Shown one piece after another: positions 15,943-25,910 of a stretch of 64,000 bases of DNA (position 1 is its first letter; every line of letters starts with the position of its first letter). Origin of the DNA: Candidatus Nanopelagicales bacterium. GTDB lineage: Bacteria > Actinomycetota > Actinomycetes > S36-B12 > GCA-2699445. Both the position numbers and the translations under genes were made by a program. The stretch lies in assembly GCA_030700225.1 (NCBI GenBank), contig JAUYJT010000030.1:453-64452 (forward strand). Direction: 5' to 3'. The notes beneath the pieces were generated by a model. The model saw only the letters and a program-made list of their open reading frames with translations. It was not told where the DNA came from and did no database searches.

Positions 15943-17523
15943 ATGTCGAGCAAGGTCCGGGTATTTCCGGAATCTGAGTCCCCTCACGTACCGGTGCCAC
16001 GTGACTCCCCGCTCGCTCAGCCGCTAGCTCAGCCGCTAGCTCAGCCGCTCTCGCGGCCGACGGAGAGCCCGGTCCCAGCCCAGGCCGACTCCCCCACGGC
16101 GAGCGCCCCGACTGCGGAGCCGGACCGGCAGAGCAACCCCGAACTCACACACCCCAGTGCCGTCCAGCGCAAGCGGACCCGGAAGTTGCTTATAGCGGAT
16201 CTCGCTGTCATATGGACGACTGTCGTTGTGCTGCTGCTCCTGTGGGAGCCGTTCCTGCAGATACCGACCGTCGGGTATCACCCTCAGACGTTCATCGCAA
16301 TCGCTCTGATCGTTCTGTGGCCGCTGACGTTGGCCAAGATGCGGGCCTACGCGTCCTGCATCCTCGGCCACGGGCCCGAGGAGTACCGCAGAGTTCTGAT
16401 CGCCAGCGCGATCACTACCGCCATCGTTGGCGCCAGTGCCTATCTCGCCGAGACGGCTGGGGGGCGCAAGTACTTCGGCGCGACGATGCTGCTCGGAACC
16501 TTGGCCCTGCTGGTCACGCGGCATCTCCTGCGCCGCTCGCTCCTGAGGTGGCTGTCTACCGGAGCCCCTCTGCAGCACGTGTTCATAGTCGCCGACGCAC
16601 AGGACAGCGATCGCATCTTCGACGAGATCGGCGACTCCGACGGGCGATTCGCCACAGTGGGCGGATGGAGTCCCGAGGGCTCGGACCTGGACCCCAAGCG
16701 CGTCGTGGAGGCGGCGATCGAGGCTGGCGCTGACAGCATCATCTACTCACCGTCAAGCCACCTGCCCGCGGGCTGGGTCAGGCGTCTCGGGTGGGCGATG
16801 GAAGACACGGAAATGGATCTGATGGTCAACCCATCGCTGATCGAGATCGCCGGTCCACGCTTGTCGATCGCACCCGTCGAGGGACTGCCGCTGCTACGGG
16901 TGGACATGCCGAAGTTCTCCAGACCGACGCGAACCATCAAGCGGGCCACGGACCTCGTGTGGGCCAGCCTTCTGCTCGCGATTCTCGGGATCCCGATGCT
17001 GATCATCGGCCTCGCCATCCGAATCGACAGCCGTGGGCCCGCGATCTTCAGGCAACAGCGCGCCGGACAGGGCGGTAAGACCTTCATCTGCTGGAAGTTC
17101 CGGACCATGGTCGATGGTGCGGACGCCAAGAGGGACGCGCTGCGCGCCGAATTCGGCGACGGCGGCGCGACGTTCAAGATGCGGGACGACCCGCGGGTCA
17201 CGCGGATCGGGAAGTGGCTACGCCATTTCTCGCTCGACGAGCTTCCTCAGCTGATCAACGTTCTGAGAGGTGACATGAGCCTGGTGGGCCCGCGCCCCCA
17301 CCACCTAGATGACCTGGCCCGCTACAGCGGCGATGCCCACCGGCGTCTGCTGATCAAGCCTGGACTTACAGGGCTATGGCAGGTCTCGGGACGCTCGGAC
17401 CTCGGCTGGGAAGAATCGCTGACGCTGGATCTGCACTACATCGAAACCTGGACCCTGTCGCTGGACCTGGTGATCATGATGCGGACCGCGAAGGTTGTCC
17501 TGCTTGGATCCGGGGCCTACTGA
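15943..17523 (+). CDS. polyprenyl glycosylphosphotransferase (WcaJ/CpsE-like priming sugar transferase)
   Basis: N-terminal TM helices; C-terminal KRATD, WKFRTM, DDPRVTRIGK.LR..SLDELPQL.NVL.GDMSLVGPRP and KPGLTGLWQVSGRS. Confidence 0.93.
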   Translation: MSSKVRVFPESESPHVPVPRDSPLAQPLAQPLAQPLSRPTESPVPAQADSPTASAPTAEPDRQSNPELTHPSAVQRKRTRKLLIADLAVIWTTVVVLLLLWEPFLQIPTVGYHPQTFIAIALIVLWPLTLAKMRAYASCILGHGPEEYRRVLIASAITTAIVGASAYLAETAGGRKYFGATMLLGTLALLVTRHLLRRSLLRWLSTGAPLQHVFIVADAQDSDRIFDEIGDSDGRFATVGGWSPEGSDLDPKRVVEAAIEAGADSIIYSPSSHLPAGWVRRLGWAMEDTEMDLMVNPSLIEIAGPRLSIAPVEGLPLLRVDMPKFSRPTRTIKRATDLVWASLLLAILGIPMLIIGLAIRIDSRGPAIFRQQRAGQGGKTFICWKFRTMVDGADAKRDALRAEFGDGGATFKMRDDPRVTRIGKWLRHFSLDELPQLINVLRGDMSLVGPRPHHLDDLARYSGDAHRRLLIKPGLTGLWQVSGRSDLGWEESLTLDLHYIETWTLSLDLVIMMRTAKVVLLGSGAY

Positions 17524-17808
17524 GGGCAATCGCCAAACTTCACACTCGAGCAGCACTGAGTGCCTCAAATTGGGCTGTCCGAGGTATCGACGTGAAGGTC
17601 GGCTCTGGACCTGCCTAGGGCTGCGGGGGCGCGCCGGGAGCTGGCGAACACAGACCGCCCCCTCACGCACACGCCAATCTCCTGCGTAGACGTCGCGGTC
17701 ACATAGCCCGGGCAAGTCGCTCGACCGGGTGCCCAAGAACGTCTGGCCTGTCCGCAAGAGGAACTAGTCGGCTTCATATCCCCGATCAGTCCGACAGTCG
17801 CTGGTCAC

Positions 17809-18978
17809 TCACCTGATTAGGCGGTTGCGGATCCTAGTCGCATTCCACCGAGCTACCCCCTCCGCGAAAGCTCCGCTGGCCCTCGCCAGGGAGTGCTGCG
17901 GCGCCGCCGACTCGCATCCAAGGCGCAGCGCGTCAAGGCGTTGTTGATCTCCCAGCAGTTGGGCGCAGGCGTCCGCGAACTGGCGCGGGGTCACCGATCC
18001 TGGGAGCCAGACGGAGTTGCCCTCGTCCAGGTACTCAGCCTCAGGGGAGTGAGATGCGCCCGTCCGCGTGACAATCGGCACACCGGCCGTGATCGAATCG
18101 ACAGCGACGAGGCCGATCCAACTGGGGATCAGCATCACGTCCGCTGCGGCGAGGGCGAGCGCCTTTCGATCACCCTCTAGCCTGCCAAGGACGCGTAGTG
18201 GCCACCCTGAGGCTTCCAGCTTCTCGGCGTCGGGTCGGCGAACGCCGTCGCCACCAACCAGGAGGCGGAAGCCAGGGCGAATCCCCGATAGCTCCCTGGC
18301 GGTCTCCATCAGGAAGTCGAACCCCTTGGCGTCATCCACACCGCCCAGGAATAGCCCAGTCAAGCCCGGCAACAGGCCATGTGCCTCCCTGAAATCGGCG
18401 AGCGCTTCGGGAGTCACAGCCGCAAGGTCGCGCTGAAGCGACTCAACGTCGATGGTGTTGTTGACCACGGTCACACGAGAGGCGGGGAAGCCGTGCTGGA
18501 CGACATGCCTGGCCCCACCTTCCGTGTAGGCGAAGAACCAGTCGGTCCGACGAGTGAGCCACTGCTTGAACCACGCCGCAGCGCGCCCCTGGGTCGTGGA
18601 GTAGCTCCGGCCGTGTCCGAACATCGCGACCCTGGGACCGTCGAACGGCATAGCGCACAGCAGTCCGCAGGTTTCAACTTCTGACACGCATTGGTTGACG
18701 ATGATCATGTCAGGGCGTAGGCGTCGCATTGACGGCCGGATTAGCTTCCGGGTGACTGCTCTGCCCCCGAGCGTCAGTCGCTGCGTCCGAACTTCTGTCG
18801 CCCAATCGGATGTTCGGTTCTGGTCGCGCGCTATGGCGGATGGACCCAGCTCACCATGGCACACCCTGAAATCGATGTTCTGCTCGGCCAGACGCTTGTG
18901 AATGTCCTCGAACAGCGCCAGGCGGTACTGCGGGAGCGCGGGTTCTATCAGCAGCAGCCTCGCCGTGTTCTGGCCCAT
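17809..18978 (-). CDS. glycosyltransferase family 4
   Basis: GT-B layout: LFLGGVDDAKG, DVMLIPSWIGLVAVDS..AGVP. Confidence 0.8.
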   Translation of the reverse strand: MGQNTARLLLIEPALPQYRLALFEDIHKRLAEQNIDFRVCHGELGPSAIARDQNRTSDWATEVRTQRLTLGGRAVTRKLIRPSMRRLRPDMIIVNQCVSEVETCGLLCAMPFDGPRVAMFGHGRSYSTTQGRAAAWFKQWLTRRTDWFFAYTEGGARHVVQHGFPASRVTVVNNTIDVESLQRDLAAVTPEALADFREAHGLLPGLTGLFLGGVDDAKGFDFLMETARELSGIRPGFRLLVGGDGVRRPDAEKLEASGWPLRVLGRLEGDRKALALAAADVMLIPSWIGLVAVDSITAGVPIVTRTGASHSPEAEYLDEGNSVWLPGSVTPRQFADACAQLLGDQQRLDALRLGCESAAPQHSLARASGAFAEGVARWNATRIRNRLIR

Positions 18979-19078
18979 CAGGGCTATATCCTGCCGGACT
19001 CCCCAGGGCGAGGATCACACGGTGGGCTTGAGTCTCACTTTGCGAGGAAAGAACACCGGCTGCACGCGATGTGTAGGT

Positions 19079-20200
19079 TCAGAACAAGACTTGCTCATAG
19101 AGTGGAATCACACGGTCTTCAGCGTGCTCGCCGAGCGGGTAGCTCGTGGTTCGGGGCCAGCCCTCGCGCCCGAGCTTCGTGAGGTGCGCGGAGAGCTCAG
19201 CCTCGGTCGGCGGATCGCACACTGCGGCTGGCGCGTGCGCTTCAAACTCAGGGATTCCGGGTGGCAGCACGACGCAGCCGTTGGCGCCCATCGCCTCCAG
19301 CGAGGCCCTTGGCATCCCTTCCGACGGTGACACGTTCACGCAACAAGCAGCCTCTTCCATGAGCCCGAGCGCAACCCGGTGCGGAACCGCGCCGACACGC
19401 TTGACCCGGGTGTTCTTCATCAGGGCTCTGGACTCACGCCGGACCCTCTTCATGGGTCCCGCCAGGACAAGATCGTAGCCAGCCAGATCCGTGTCCTGAA
19501 GCCGGTGAAAACTCTTGAGGATTGTGCTGACGCCCTTGTCGTCCTTCAGGGCACCCACATACAACAGGAACGGCCCATGACAACCAACGCGGGCCAAGGC
19601 CCGGGCCGCTCTCTCACGGTCTGGCTTGGGTAGATCAAACATGACCGGGATGTGGTGAGCCGCACTGCGCTGCGCGAGGCCCGCCTCAATCCGATTCACC
19701 ACATTGAGCGAGCAGCACACGACCTCATCGAAGCAATCGAGGAGTGGTATCTGCTCTTCAGGCAGCAGATTGTCCCGAGCATCCGCGACAAGCTTGATCC
19801 CGTCGTCGCGGCACGTCTGCGCATACTTCGGCAGGTACATCCGGAACGGGCCGGCCCTGTTCAGCAAGCCGGTGTGAATGAGCACCGAGCGCGGCATGAC
19901 CCTTCGCGTGACGTGACCCAGTCGAAGTAGCTCCAAGTTGTTCAGGGCGTAGAGCGGCGCGTTCCTAGCTACACCCAATTCCACGCTGGACCTGGGAGTG
20001 AGCAGCCCAATGTACTCACTTCCGGGCAAGCCGCTAGCGCCTCTCGGCAGCCGCTCGGACACCACCGTTACTCGGTACCCGCAGTTCACGAGGGCCTTGG
20101 TGAGCAGCGTGTAGTACACGGCGCAACCCCCGCTCCCGAACAGCATCGGGGTCACGACCAGCAGATCGGGACGGCCCGGCCGCTCAGAGAACGCTGTCAC
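19079..20200 (-). CDS. glycosyltransferase family 4
   Basis: LYVGALKDDKG and SPSEGMPRASLEAM (EX7E). Start estimated at GTG 20200. Confidence 0.8.
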   Translation of the reverse strand: MTAFSERPGRPDLLVVTPMLFGSGGCAVYYTLLTKALVNCGYRVTVVSERLPRGASGLPGSEYIGLLTPRSSVELGVARNAPLYALNNLELLRLGHVTRRVMPRSVLIHTGLLNRAGPFRMYLPKYAQTCRDDGIKLVADARDNLLPEEQIPLLDCFDEVVCCSLNVVNRIEAGLAQRSAAHHIPVMFDLPKPDRERAARALARVGCHGPFLLYVGALKDDKGVSTILKSFHRLQDTDLAGYDLVLAGPMKRVRRESRALMKNTRVKRVGAVPHRVALGLMEEAACCVNVSPSEGMPRASLEAMGANGCVVLPPGIPEFEAHAPAAVCDPPTEAELSAHLTKLGREGWPRTTSYPLGEHAEDRVIPLYEQVLF

Positions 20201-21182
20201 GATTCCGCGAGAACCACCCCACGGTTGCGTCAATCCCCTCGGACAGACCAACCTCCGGCTTCCACCCCGTGAGTTGCCGAATCCGAGCGCTGTCCGCAGA
20301 ATTGCGCAAAACCTCTCCTGGGTTCGCGGCAATGCTCGTTAGCTGAGCTCCCCAACCGACGGCAGCACACGCCCCAACCAGCGTCTCCATGATCTGGCGG
20401 ACTTGCGTCTCGACTCCGGTAGACACGTGAAACAACGCCGGGACTTGCCCGCTCGGCAGAGCCATCATCGCGACCAGGGCTGCCACAACATCGTCAACGA
20501 AAATGAAGTCCCGCGTCTGGCTTCCTGAACCGGTGACCCGGATTGGCTCTCCGCTAGCCGCGGCGAGGATTGACCGGGCAACGACGCTGCGCTTGCGATG
20601 GGACCCTGGGCCGTAGATGTTGCTGAACCGAAGCGCCACCGCTCGCATGCCAAATGAGTGGTGGTAGGCGCTGCAGTAGCCCTCGATGGCGAGCTTCGCG
20701 GCACCGTAGGGCGACTCCGGCCTCGGTGTGCTGTCCTCGTCGTAGGGTGGTTCCTGTGTTCCCACCGGGGCTCCGCTGGACGCGCAGAGCACGAGGCCAG
20801 CTCCCACGCTTCGGCCGACTTCGAGCACCTTGACGGCACCCACGACGTTCTCGACGGCGTTGCCAACCGGGTCCGAAATCGAGTCGGCAACTCCTGGAAC
20901 ACCGGCCAAATGCACGATGACATCCGCCGAGTCAGCGCAGCCCCGGAGCCACCCTGCATCGGCAATGTCGCCAACAGCCAGTGAGAGACCACCACTTGCG
21001 GGCCAGTCCGCAGATGCGCCCGAGGGCAACAGGTCGTACTCCAGCCCGCGCAAGTCGAGGTCCCCCGGCTGCCCGACTCGCAGATCATCGATCAGCTTCA
21101 CTGAGAAACCGCCACGTTGGCTCAGCGCGTCAGCAAGCGCGGCTCCAACGAAACCGCATCCCCCGGTAACGAGCACTCTCAC
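20184..21182 (-). CDS. NAD-dependent epimerase/dehydratase (extended SDR)
   Basis: TGGCGFVG, YGAAK, LRFSNIYGP and QTRDFIFVDD. Confidence 0.88.
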   Translation of the reverse strand: MRVLVTGGCGFVGAALADALSQRGGFSVKLIDDLRVGQPGDLDLRGLEYDLLPSGASADWPASGGLSLAVGDIADAGWLRGCADSADVIVHLAGVPGVADSISDPVGNAVENVVGAVKVLEVGRSVGAGLVLCASSGAPVGTQEPPYDEDSTPRPESPYGAAKLAIEGYCSAYHHSFGMRAVALRFSNIYGPGSHRKRSVVARSILAAASGEPIRVTGSGSQTRDFIFVDDVVAALVAMMALPSGQVPALFHVSTGVETQVRQIMETLVGACAAVGWGAQLTSIAANPGEVLRNSADSARIRQLTGWKPEVGLSEGIDATVGWFSRNRDSVL

Positions 21183-21216
21183 GGACTAGCCGACACCTTC
21201 CCTGGTGAGCGAATGA

Positions 21217-22380
21217 TCAGGCTCCGCCATCCCACCGGATGCGCGGCAAGATCGCCGCCCGACTCACCTGAATCCGTTCCCTATTCTCTACGAGTCTACG
21301 AAGAGCAATCTGGACGGTTGGACCGATGTCTGGCGTGGGCTTGTAGCCGAGTTCTCTTAGGCGGTCTGTGTCCGGCTTGTAGTAGTGCTCTTGAGCTTCG
21401 ATTCGTGGGTCCTCGATGCTATTGATCTTCACGTCGAGGCCGATCGCCGCCGCCTGTTCCTGCACGATCCCGGCGAGCTCGTTGACCCCAAACACTTGAT
21501 CGAATTGATTGATCACTCGGTACTCGCCCCGCGATGGCGGGTTGTTGATCACCAGGGTCAGGCACTGCATGACATCCTGGAGGGGAAGGAACCCGCGCTT
21601 CTGGTGTCCGGAGCCGTACGGAGTCAGTGGCTGTGAGATCGCGGCTTGAGCGCAGAAGCGGTTGATCACCGTTCCAAAAGCCTCATCGAAATCGAGGCGC
21701 GTGTACAGTCTCTCGTCACCGCCGACCCATTCCGTGTTGGTCCCAAACACAACTCCTTGCATGATGTCTGTGGACCTCAGCCCCCAGATCCGGCACGCGA
21801 AGTTCACGTTGTTGGAGTCGTGGACCTTTGTCTGGTGGTACCAGCTGCCCGCCTCGCGCGGGAACGACAGTGTTGCCTTCCGACCCCGGAACTCGACTTC
21901 GAAGAACCCCTCCGGGATGTCGACGTTAGGCGTCCCGTACTCACCCATCGTTCCCAGCTTCACCAAGTGCGCGTTGGGCACCACGTCCCGCATCGCCCAC
22001 AAGAGGTTGAGGTTGCCGATAACGTTGTTCTGGTGAGTCAGCAAACAATGCTCGCGATCGATCATGCTGAATGGCGCTGAAGGCATCTGGCCCAGCTGAA
22101 CAACGGCTTCTGGCTTGAAATCAGCGAGACATGACTCAACGAACCCATAGTCCTGAAGATCGCCCTCACGGAACGTGATCGAATCCCCTGTCAGTTCCTT
22201 GGCGCCCTGGATTCGCTCTTCCATAGTTGCGATCGGAATAGCTGATTGTGACCCCATCTCAGCCACCAGCCTGCGGCGCAAGAACGAGTCGCAGCCGAAC
22301 ACCTCGTGGCCCGCCGATGTCAGGTGGAGCGCAAGCGGCCACCCAAGATAGCCGTCCAATCCCGATATGAAGATTCTCAT
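21217..22380 (-). CDS. sqdB: UDP-sulfoquinovose synthase
   Basis: GLDGYLGWP, PSAPFSM, HLVKLGTMGEYGTPN.DI.EG, SWYH.TKVHDS, TD.MQGVVFG and RLD.D..FGT.INRF..QA, all SqdB/SQD1 hallmarks. Confidence 0.92.
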   Translation of the reverse strand: MRIFISGLDGYLGWPLALHLTSAGHEVFGCDSFLRRRLVAEMGSQSAIPIATMEERIQGAKELTGDSITFREGDLQDYGFVESCLADFKPEAVVQLGQMPSAPFSMIDREHCLLTHQNNVIGNLNLLWAMRDVVPNAHLVKLGTMGEYGTPNVDIPEGFFEVEFRGRKATLSFPREAGSWYHQTKVHDSNNVNFACRIWGLRSTDIMQGVVFGTNTEWVGGDERLYTRLDFDEAFGTVINRFCAQAAISQPLTPYGSGHQKRGFLPLQDVMQCLTLVINNPPSRGEYRVINQFDQVFGVNELAGIVQEQAAAIGLDVKINSIEDPRIEAQEHYYKPDTDRLRELGYKPTPDIGPTVQIALRRLVENRERIQVSRAAILPRIRWDGGA

Positions 22381-22523
22381 CCTGGCATCGCCTCCCGCCG
22401 TCCTCGTACCTGCCAACTCACGTAGCCAAAGTGCGCTAGGCGGCCAGCCTAGAACATCGACCTGGCCCGGCCACGTCGGGGACGAAGTTGGATTGGAGAC
22501 GCAGGACGTGGCGAACGACTACG

Positions 22524-23381
22524 TCAGCGGTGGCTAGCCCCGTAGTCTGTCCCAGCAAGCACACCGCGCACGGCTCCGTAGATGAAGTAGGCAGGCCACT
22601 CTGGTCCGCCGTGCCGCTTCATGAATCTCGCTTGACTGCCGAGCGGCAGCCCCTTGGGTGACGTGAGCCATTTCCAGCGCTGTGTGATCTTCATCGCGCG
22701 CGTGTCGGGGGCAACGTTCGCGCGGCATTCTCCGACACTGCCAGCCACTTGGATGATCTCAACGCCGAGCTTTCTAGCTCGAAGACCATAGTCCGTGTCA
22801 GCGTAGGCGTGGGCGAACTCGCCATCGATCGGGCCAACTACATGTCGCGCCGACCAGGGCACCAGCACGACATTACCGTTGAACGTGTCTACCCGGACCG
22901 GGGAGGAACGAACCGGAACGGGTGTGAAACGCATCGGGTGGCGCCCTGTCCGGCGCTTCCCACCGTAGCTGCACCTGCCACTTTCCGGATCGACCGTCGC
23001 GCCGACGAGGATCGCCTCCGGGCGCTCCAAGTGAGCTTTCCAGAGTCTCGCGACTGCGTCTGGGGCAAGAGTCACATCATCGTTCAGCCACAAGAGCACC
23101 TCAGAACCCATTCGGTGTGCGTGGTGCTCAGCCAGAGCCATGGACTTGGCCCAGTAGTAGTCGCCCGGCGTGCGCACGATATCGACATTCGGGAATCTCC
23201 GGGCGACGGCCTCCCCCGTCCCGTCGGTGGACCCATCATCGATCAGGACCACAGCCACGTCAGCCTCGCCGAATCGCTGATCCTCCAGGCTAGCCAGACA
23301 CTTAAGAGTCACTTCCCGGCGGTTGTGGCAGGCCAGAATCGCGACCAGTCGACGACAGTGTTCGATCTGAAGGATTTCCAA
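22524..23381 (-). CDS. glycosyltransferase family 2
   Basis: CHNRRE.TL.CL, DDGSTDG, LWLNDD, DTFNGN and D.DYGLRA. Confidence 0.87.
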   Translation of the reverse strand: MEILQIEHCRRLVAILACHNRREVTLKCLASLEDQRFGEADVAVVLIDDGSTDGTGEAVARRFPNVDIVRTPGDYYWAKSMALAEHHAHRMGSEVLLWLNDDVTLAPDAVARLWKAHLERPEAILVGATVDPESGRCSYGGKRRTGRHPMRFTPVPVRSSPVRVDTFNGNVVLVPWSARHVVGPIDGEFAHAYADTDYGLRARKLGVEIIQVAGSVGECRANVAPDTRAMKITQRWKWLTSPKGLPLGSQARFMKRHGGPEWPAYFIYGAVRGVLAGTDYGASHR

Positions 23382-23474
23382 GTCAGCACTCCAAACACAT
23401 CGCTACTGTATGGGCGGCACGCCTCGAGTCTCGCAGGGGCGCTGATGCCGGTCCGCAGCAGCCAACCCGCATGG

Positions 23475-24344
23475 CTATCGCGCATCCTCCCCCCGGAGAT
23501 CACCTCCCAGGAGGCCAATGTCAATCCTAAGTTGCCGCTGGAACGTTGCGCTCATTCCGACAGAGAGAGACTTCCAGGGCGCACTGTGGGCGTCGCAGAG
23601 GTCGCGCAAGGCGCTGTTCCACGCCCCATTCGACATCACGACCAGCTGATCAGCCATGTGCTGAATGGCTGTACTCAGTTCGAAATGCGTCGTCCCATAG
23701 TCCGGGACAGAGTCGCTCACGAAGAAGCCGACTCGCTCGCCCGCGATGACGCCTGGCAGAGCATCGTCGCTGCGCTTGACCGAGCGCGTCCACCGGGCCG
23801 CCCCCTTGGCGTCGACCAACCAACACGAGTCCGGGTCGGGATCGATCGTGATCAAGTGACCGTCGTGCCCTTCCTCAGCGTTCCGTTCGAGTGCGCGAAG
23901 CATGACCATTGTGCCCAGTCCGTGCTTCGCGCCAGACTCAATCGCGAGCTGGGGCCGCGTGGCGCGCAGGGCCAGATACCTCGCCGCGTGCCGACCAAGC
24001 GGTGGCCTTGAAAGGGCGTGCGGCTGCCAGCGTGAACGCCGATAGATCCGAGCAGCGAGCTCGGAATCACCGTCAAGCTCCGACAGCCACCCCATCATCC
24101 GCTCCTCGGGGACTCCGAACAGCTGCGAGATCGGAACGACAATGTCCCGAGGATCGGCAAGTTCGAAACTGAACGTGTCCAGCTCTGGGTGTGTTGCAAC
24201 GTATCGGATGACCAAGGTCGGGTGGTCCGAGATACGGACGCCAGAGCGTCGAACGATCCGAGTCTTCTTCATCCACCGAAGCCTGTTCACGCGGCGGCCA
24301 ACGTACTTGACGGCCGAGTTCACGACTGTGGATCCTTCTCCCAT
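23475..24344 (-). CDS. class I SAM-dependent methyltransferase (Methyltransf_24-like)
   Basis: RP..AIESGAKHGLGT, LITID and FVSDS. Start trimmed to ATG 24344. Confidence 0.65.
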   Translation of the reverse strand: MGEGSTVVNSAVKYVGRRVNRLRWMKKTRIVRRSGVRISDHPTLVIRYVATHPELDTFSFELADPRDIVVPISQLFGVPEERMMGWLSELDGDSELAARIYRRSRWQPHALSRPPLGRHAARYLALRATRPQLAIESGAKHGLGTMVMLRALERNAEEGHDGHLITIDPDPDSCWLVDAKGAARWTRSVKRSDDALPGVIAGERVGFFVSDSVPDYGTTHFELSTAIQHMADQLVVMSNGAWNSALRDLCDAHSAPWKSLSVGMSATFQRQLRIDIGLLGGDLRGEDAR

Positions 24345-25816
24345 ACGCCCGAACCGCAGTCGGCCCCCGCTGGCGCACAGATCCGATGATGAGCCCGCTC
24401 CCTCATTCGCCAATAGGCGGACAGTGGGTGCGGGAACCTCCACCAACCGTCCACGACAATGAAGGAGGCATCCGGTGTCCAGGCCAAAGTGTGGACACCC
24501 AACGGCGACGCGAGCTGTTGCCGCTCGTCGACAAGTGAAGTCGGCTCAAGCCTCCGCAACCTTGACTGCGTGGAGTCCGCGAGCCCTGGAGGGGATTCGA
24601 TCAACGAGACCGCCATCCCGTAGTTGCCGGCACAGTCCTGAACCGCGCGCACATTCCGCCGAAGGTCGAGGCTGCCGCCGCTGCGAGCGTACCGGATGTC
24701 GACGTACGATCCGCTGGGCTCAAGCATCCAGTCCTGCGGGGAACCACCGCCCCGCCGCCAAACCCGCGCAACGGATTGCCCGTCGTAGCGACGGTCCGTG
24801 CCGGCGACTACCCAGCCACTTGGGCCGTCCGCCAGTTGCGGGTCGACGACGCCTGTGGGCAGATAGCGCCCCGGCATCTTGCGCCACTGGGCACCGGGAT
24901 GCGTGAAAGTGAAGAGGGGCGTCGGGGACTCGCAGGTGTCTGCGGTGGCGACCCATCCGCCACCCGATCGCATAGCCTGCGGGAAGGCCAGATGGTGCTC
25001 GGTCTGGAGGACGACGATCCGCTCAGCGACTCGTCGACTTTCGATTCGAAGCGCCGCAATCTGACCCAAGCCCCTGGTCCGCTCATACTCCTCGACGAAG
25101 ACCCAGGTGCGTCCATCGTCATCTATCACGGGAAAGGGATCCGCCCAGAACAGACCGATGCTGCCCGCTTCGATCCACGAGACGGGCAACGGGCCGCTTC
25201 CCCCAACGTCCTCTAGGGACGCACCATCCAAGACGCCGACGCGCCACATCCGACTGAAGCCGAACCCACGCAGGATCCTTCCGCCGCGCCGAGCCACTCC
25301 GGCCGCGCTCATGCCAGCTGAGCTAATCTTCCGTCCCTGCACACCGCCCGCAGAGATCGCGTCGGCTCGGACCCCAGCATTCCCCGCGCCGACTTCGATA
25401 GTGGCCGCGAACGCCGCCATCGCGTTGCGCATCGTCGACCTCACCGTCATGCCGACGGCGATGAACACTGGCGTCGCTGCGGCTCCGTCCGGACCAGTGA
25501 CAACCAGGTCAAGTTCCGCTGGAGCCTGTCGGGCGGCACTGCGCAGACGAGTCGAACGGCCCAGCGACGAACCGTCGCTGTCAGCGATGGACCAGCATGG
25601 AATACCGAGTTGCTCGCATCTGGCTCTAAGCCCTCGCTCGGGACCGAGCAGAACGACCGCCCCCGGCCGGGCATCGATAGGCCGATCGAACACTTCGGCC
25701 ATCACCACGGGTGTGTAGAACTCAGCCCGTGCTTGAAGGGTGCGCCTCAGGTAGTTGGCTGCGCAGAGGCTCAAGCGGCAAGCTGATTGTGGCAAAACAA
25801 TGGCGACGGGCGTCAC
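24320..25816 (-). CDS. protein with a GINT1-like (glucosamine inositolphosphorylceramide transferase / GH43-like beta-propeller) domain
   Basis: FWADPF, WVFVEEY..RG.G.I, HHLAFP, VDP and R.VQDC...YG. Start uncertain. Confidence 0.6.
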   Translation of the reverse strand: MTPVAIVLPQSACRLSLCAANYLRRTLQARAEFYTPVVMAEVFDRPIDARPGAVVLLGPERGLRARCEQLGIPCWSIADSDGSSLGRSTRLRSAARQAPAELDLVVTGPDGAAATPVFIAVGMTVRSTMRNAMAAFAATIEVGAGNAGVRADAISAGGVQGRKISSAGMSAAGVARRGGRILRGFGFSRMWRVGVLDGASLEDVGGSGPLPVSWIEAGSIGLFWADPFPVIDDDGRTWVFVEEYERTRGLGQIAALRIESRRVAERIVVLQTEHHLAFPQAMRSGGGWVATADTCESPTPLFTFTHPGAQWRKMPGRYLPTGVVDPQLADGPSGWVVAGTDRRYDGQSVARVWRRGGGSPQDWMLEPSGSYVDIRYARSGGSLDLRRNVRAVQDCAGNYGMAVSLIESPPGLADSTQSRLRRLEPTSLVDERQQLASPLGVHTLAWTPDASFIVVDGWWRFPHPLSAYWRMRERAHHRICAPAGADCGSGVWEKDPQS

Positions 25817-25910
25817 AGGCTGCTCCTGCCGCGCAAGAGCGAACTCCACGTCCGGTAGCTTGCTGGCATCACCCGAATCTACTCTGGAGCCTCAGGTGGA
25901 TCTCTCCCGC

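Noticed and set aside
16009-16050. 12-bp tandem repeat (PLAQ x3) in the priming transferase N-terminus
   Set aside because: In-frame repeat in a low-complexity tail; probably neutral slippage.
17524-17808. Intergenic gap suspected to be an IS remnant
   Set aside because: I found no terminal repeats or transposase-like translation.
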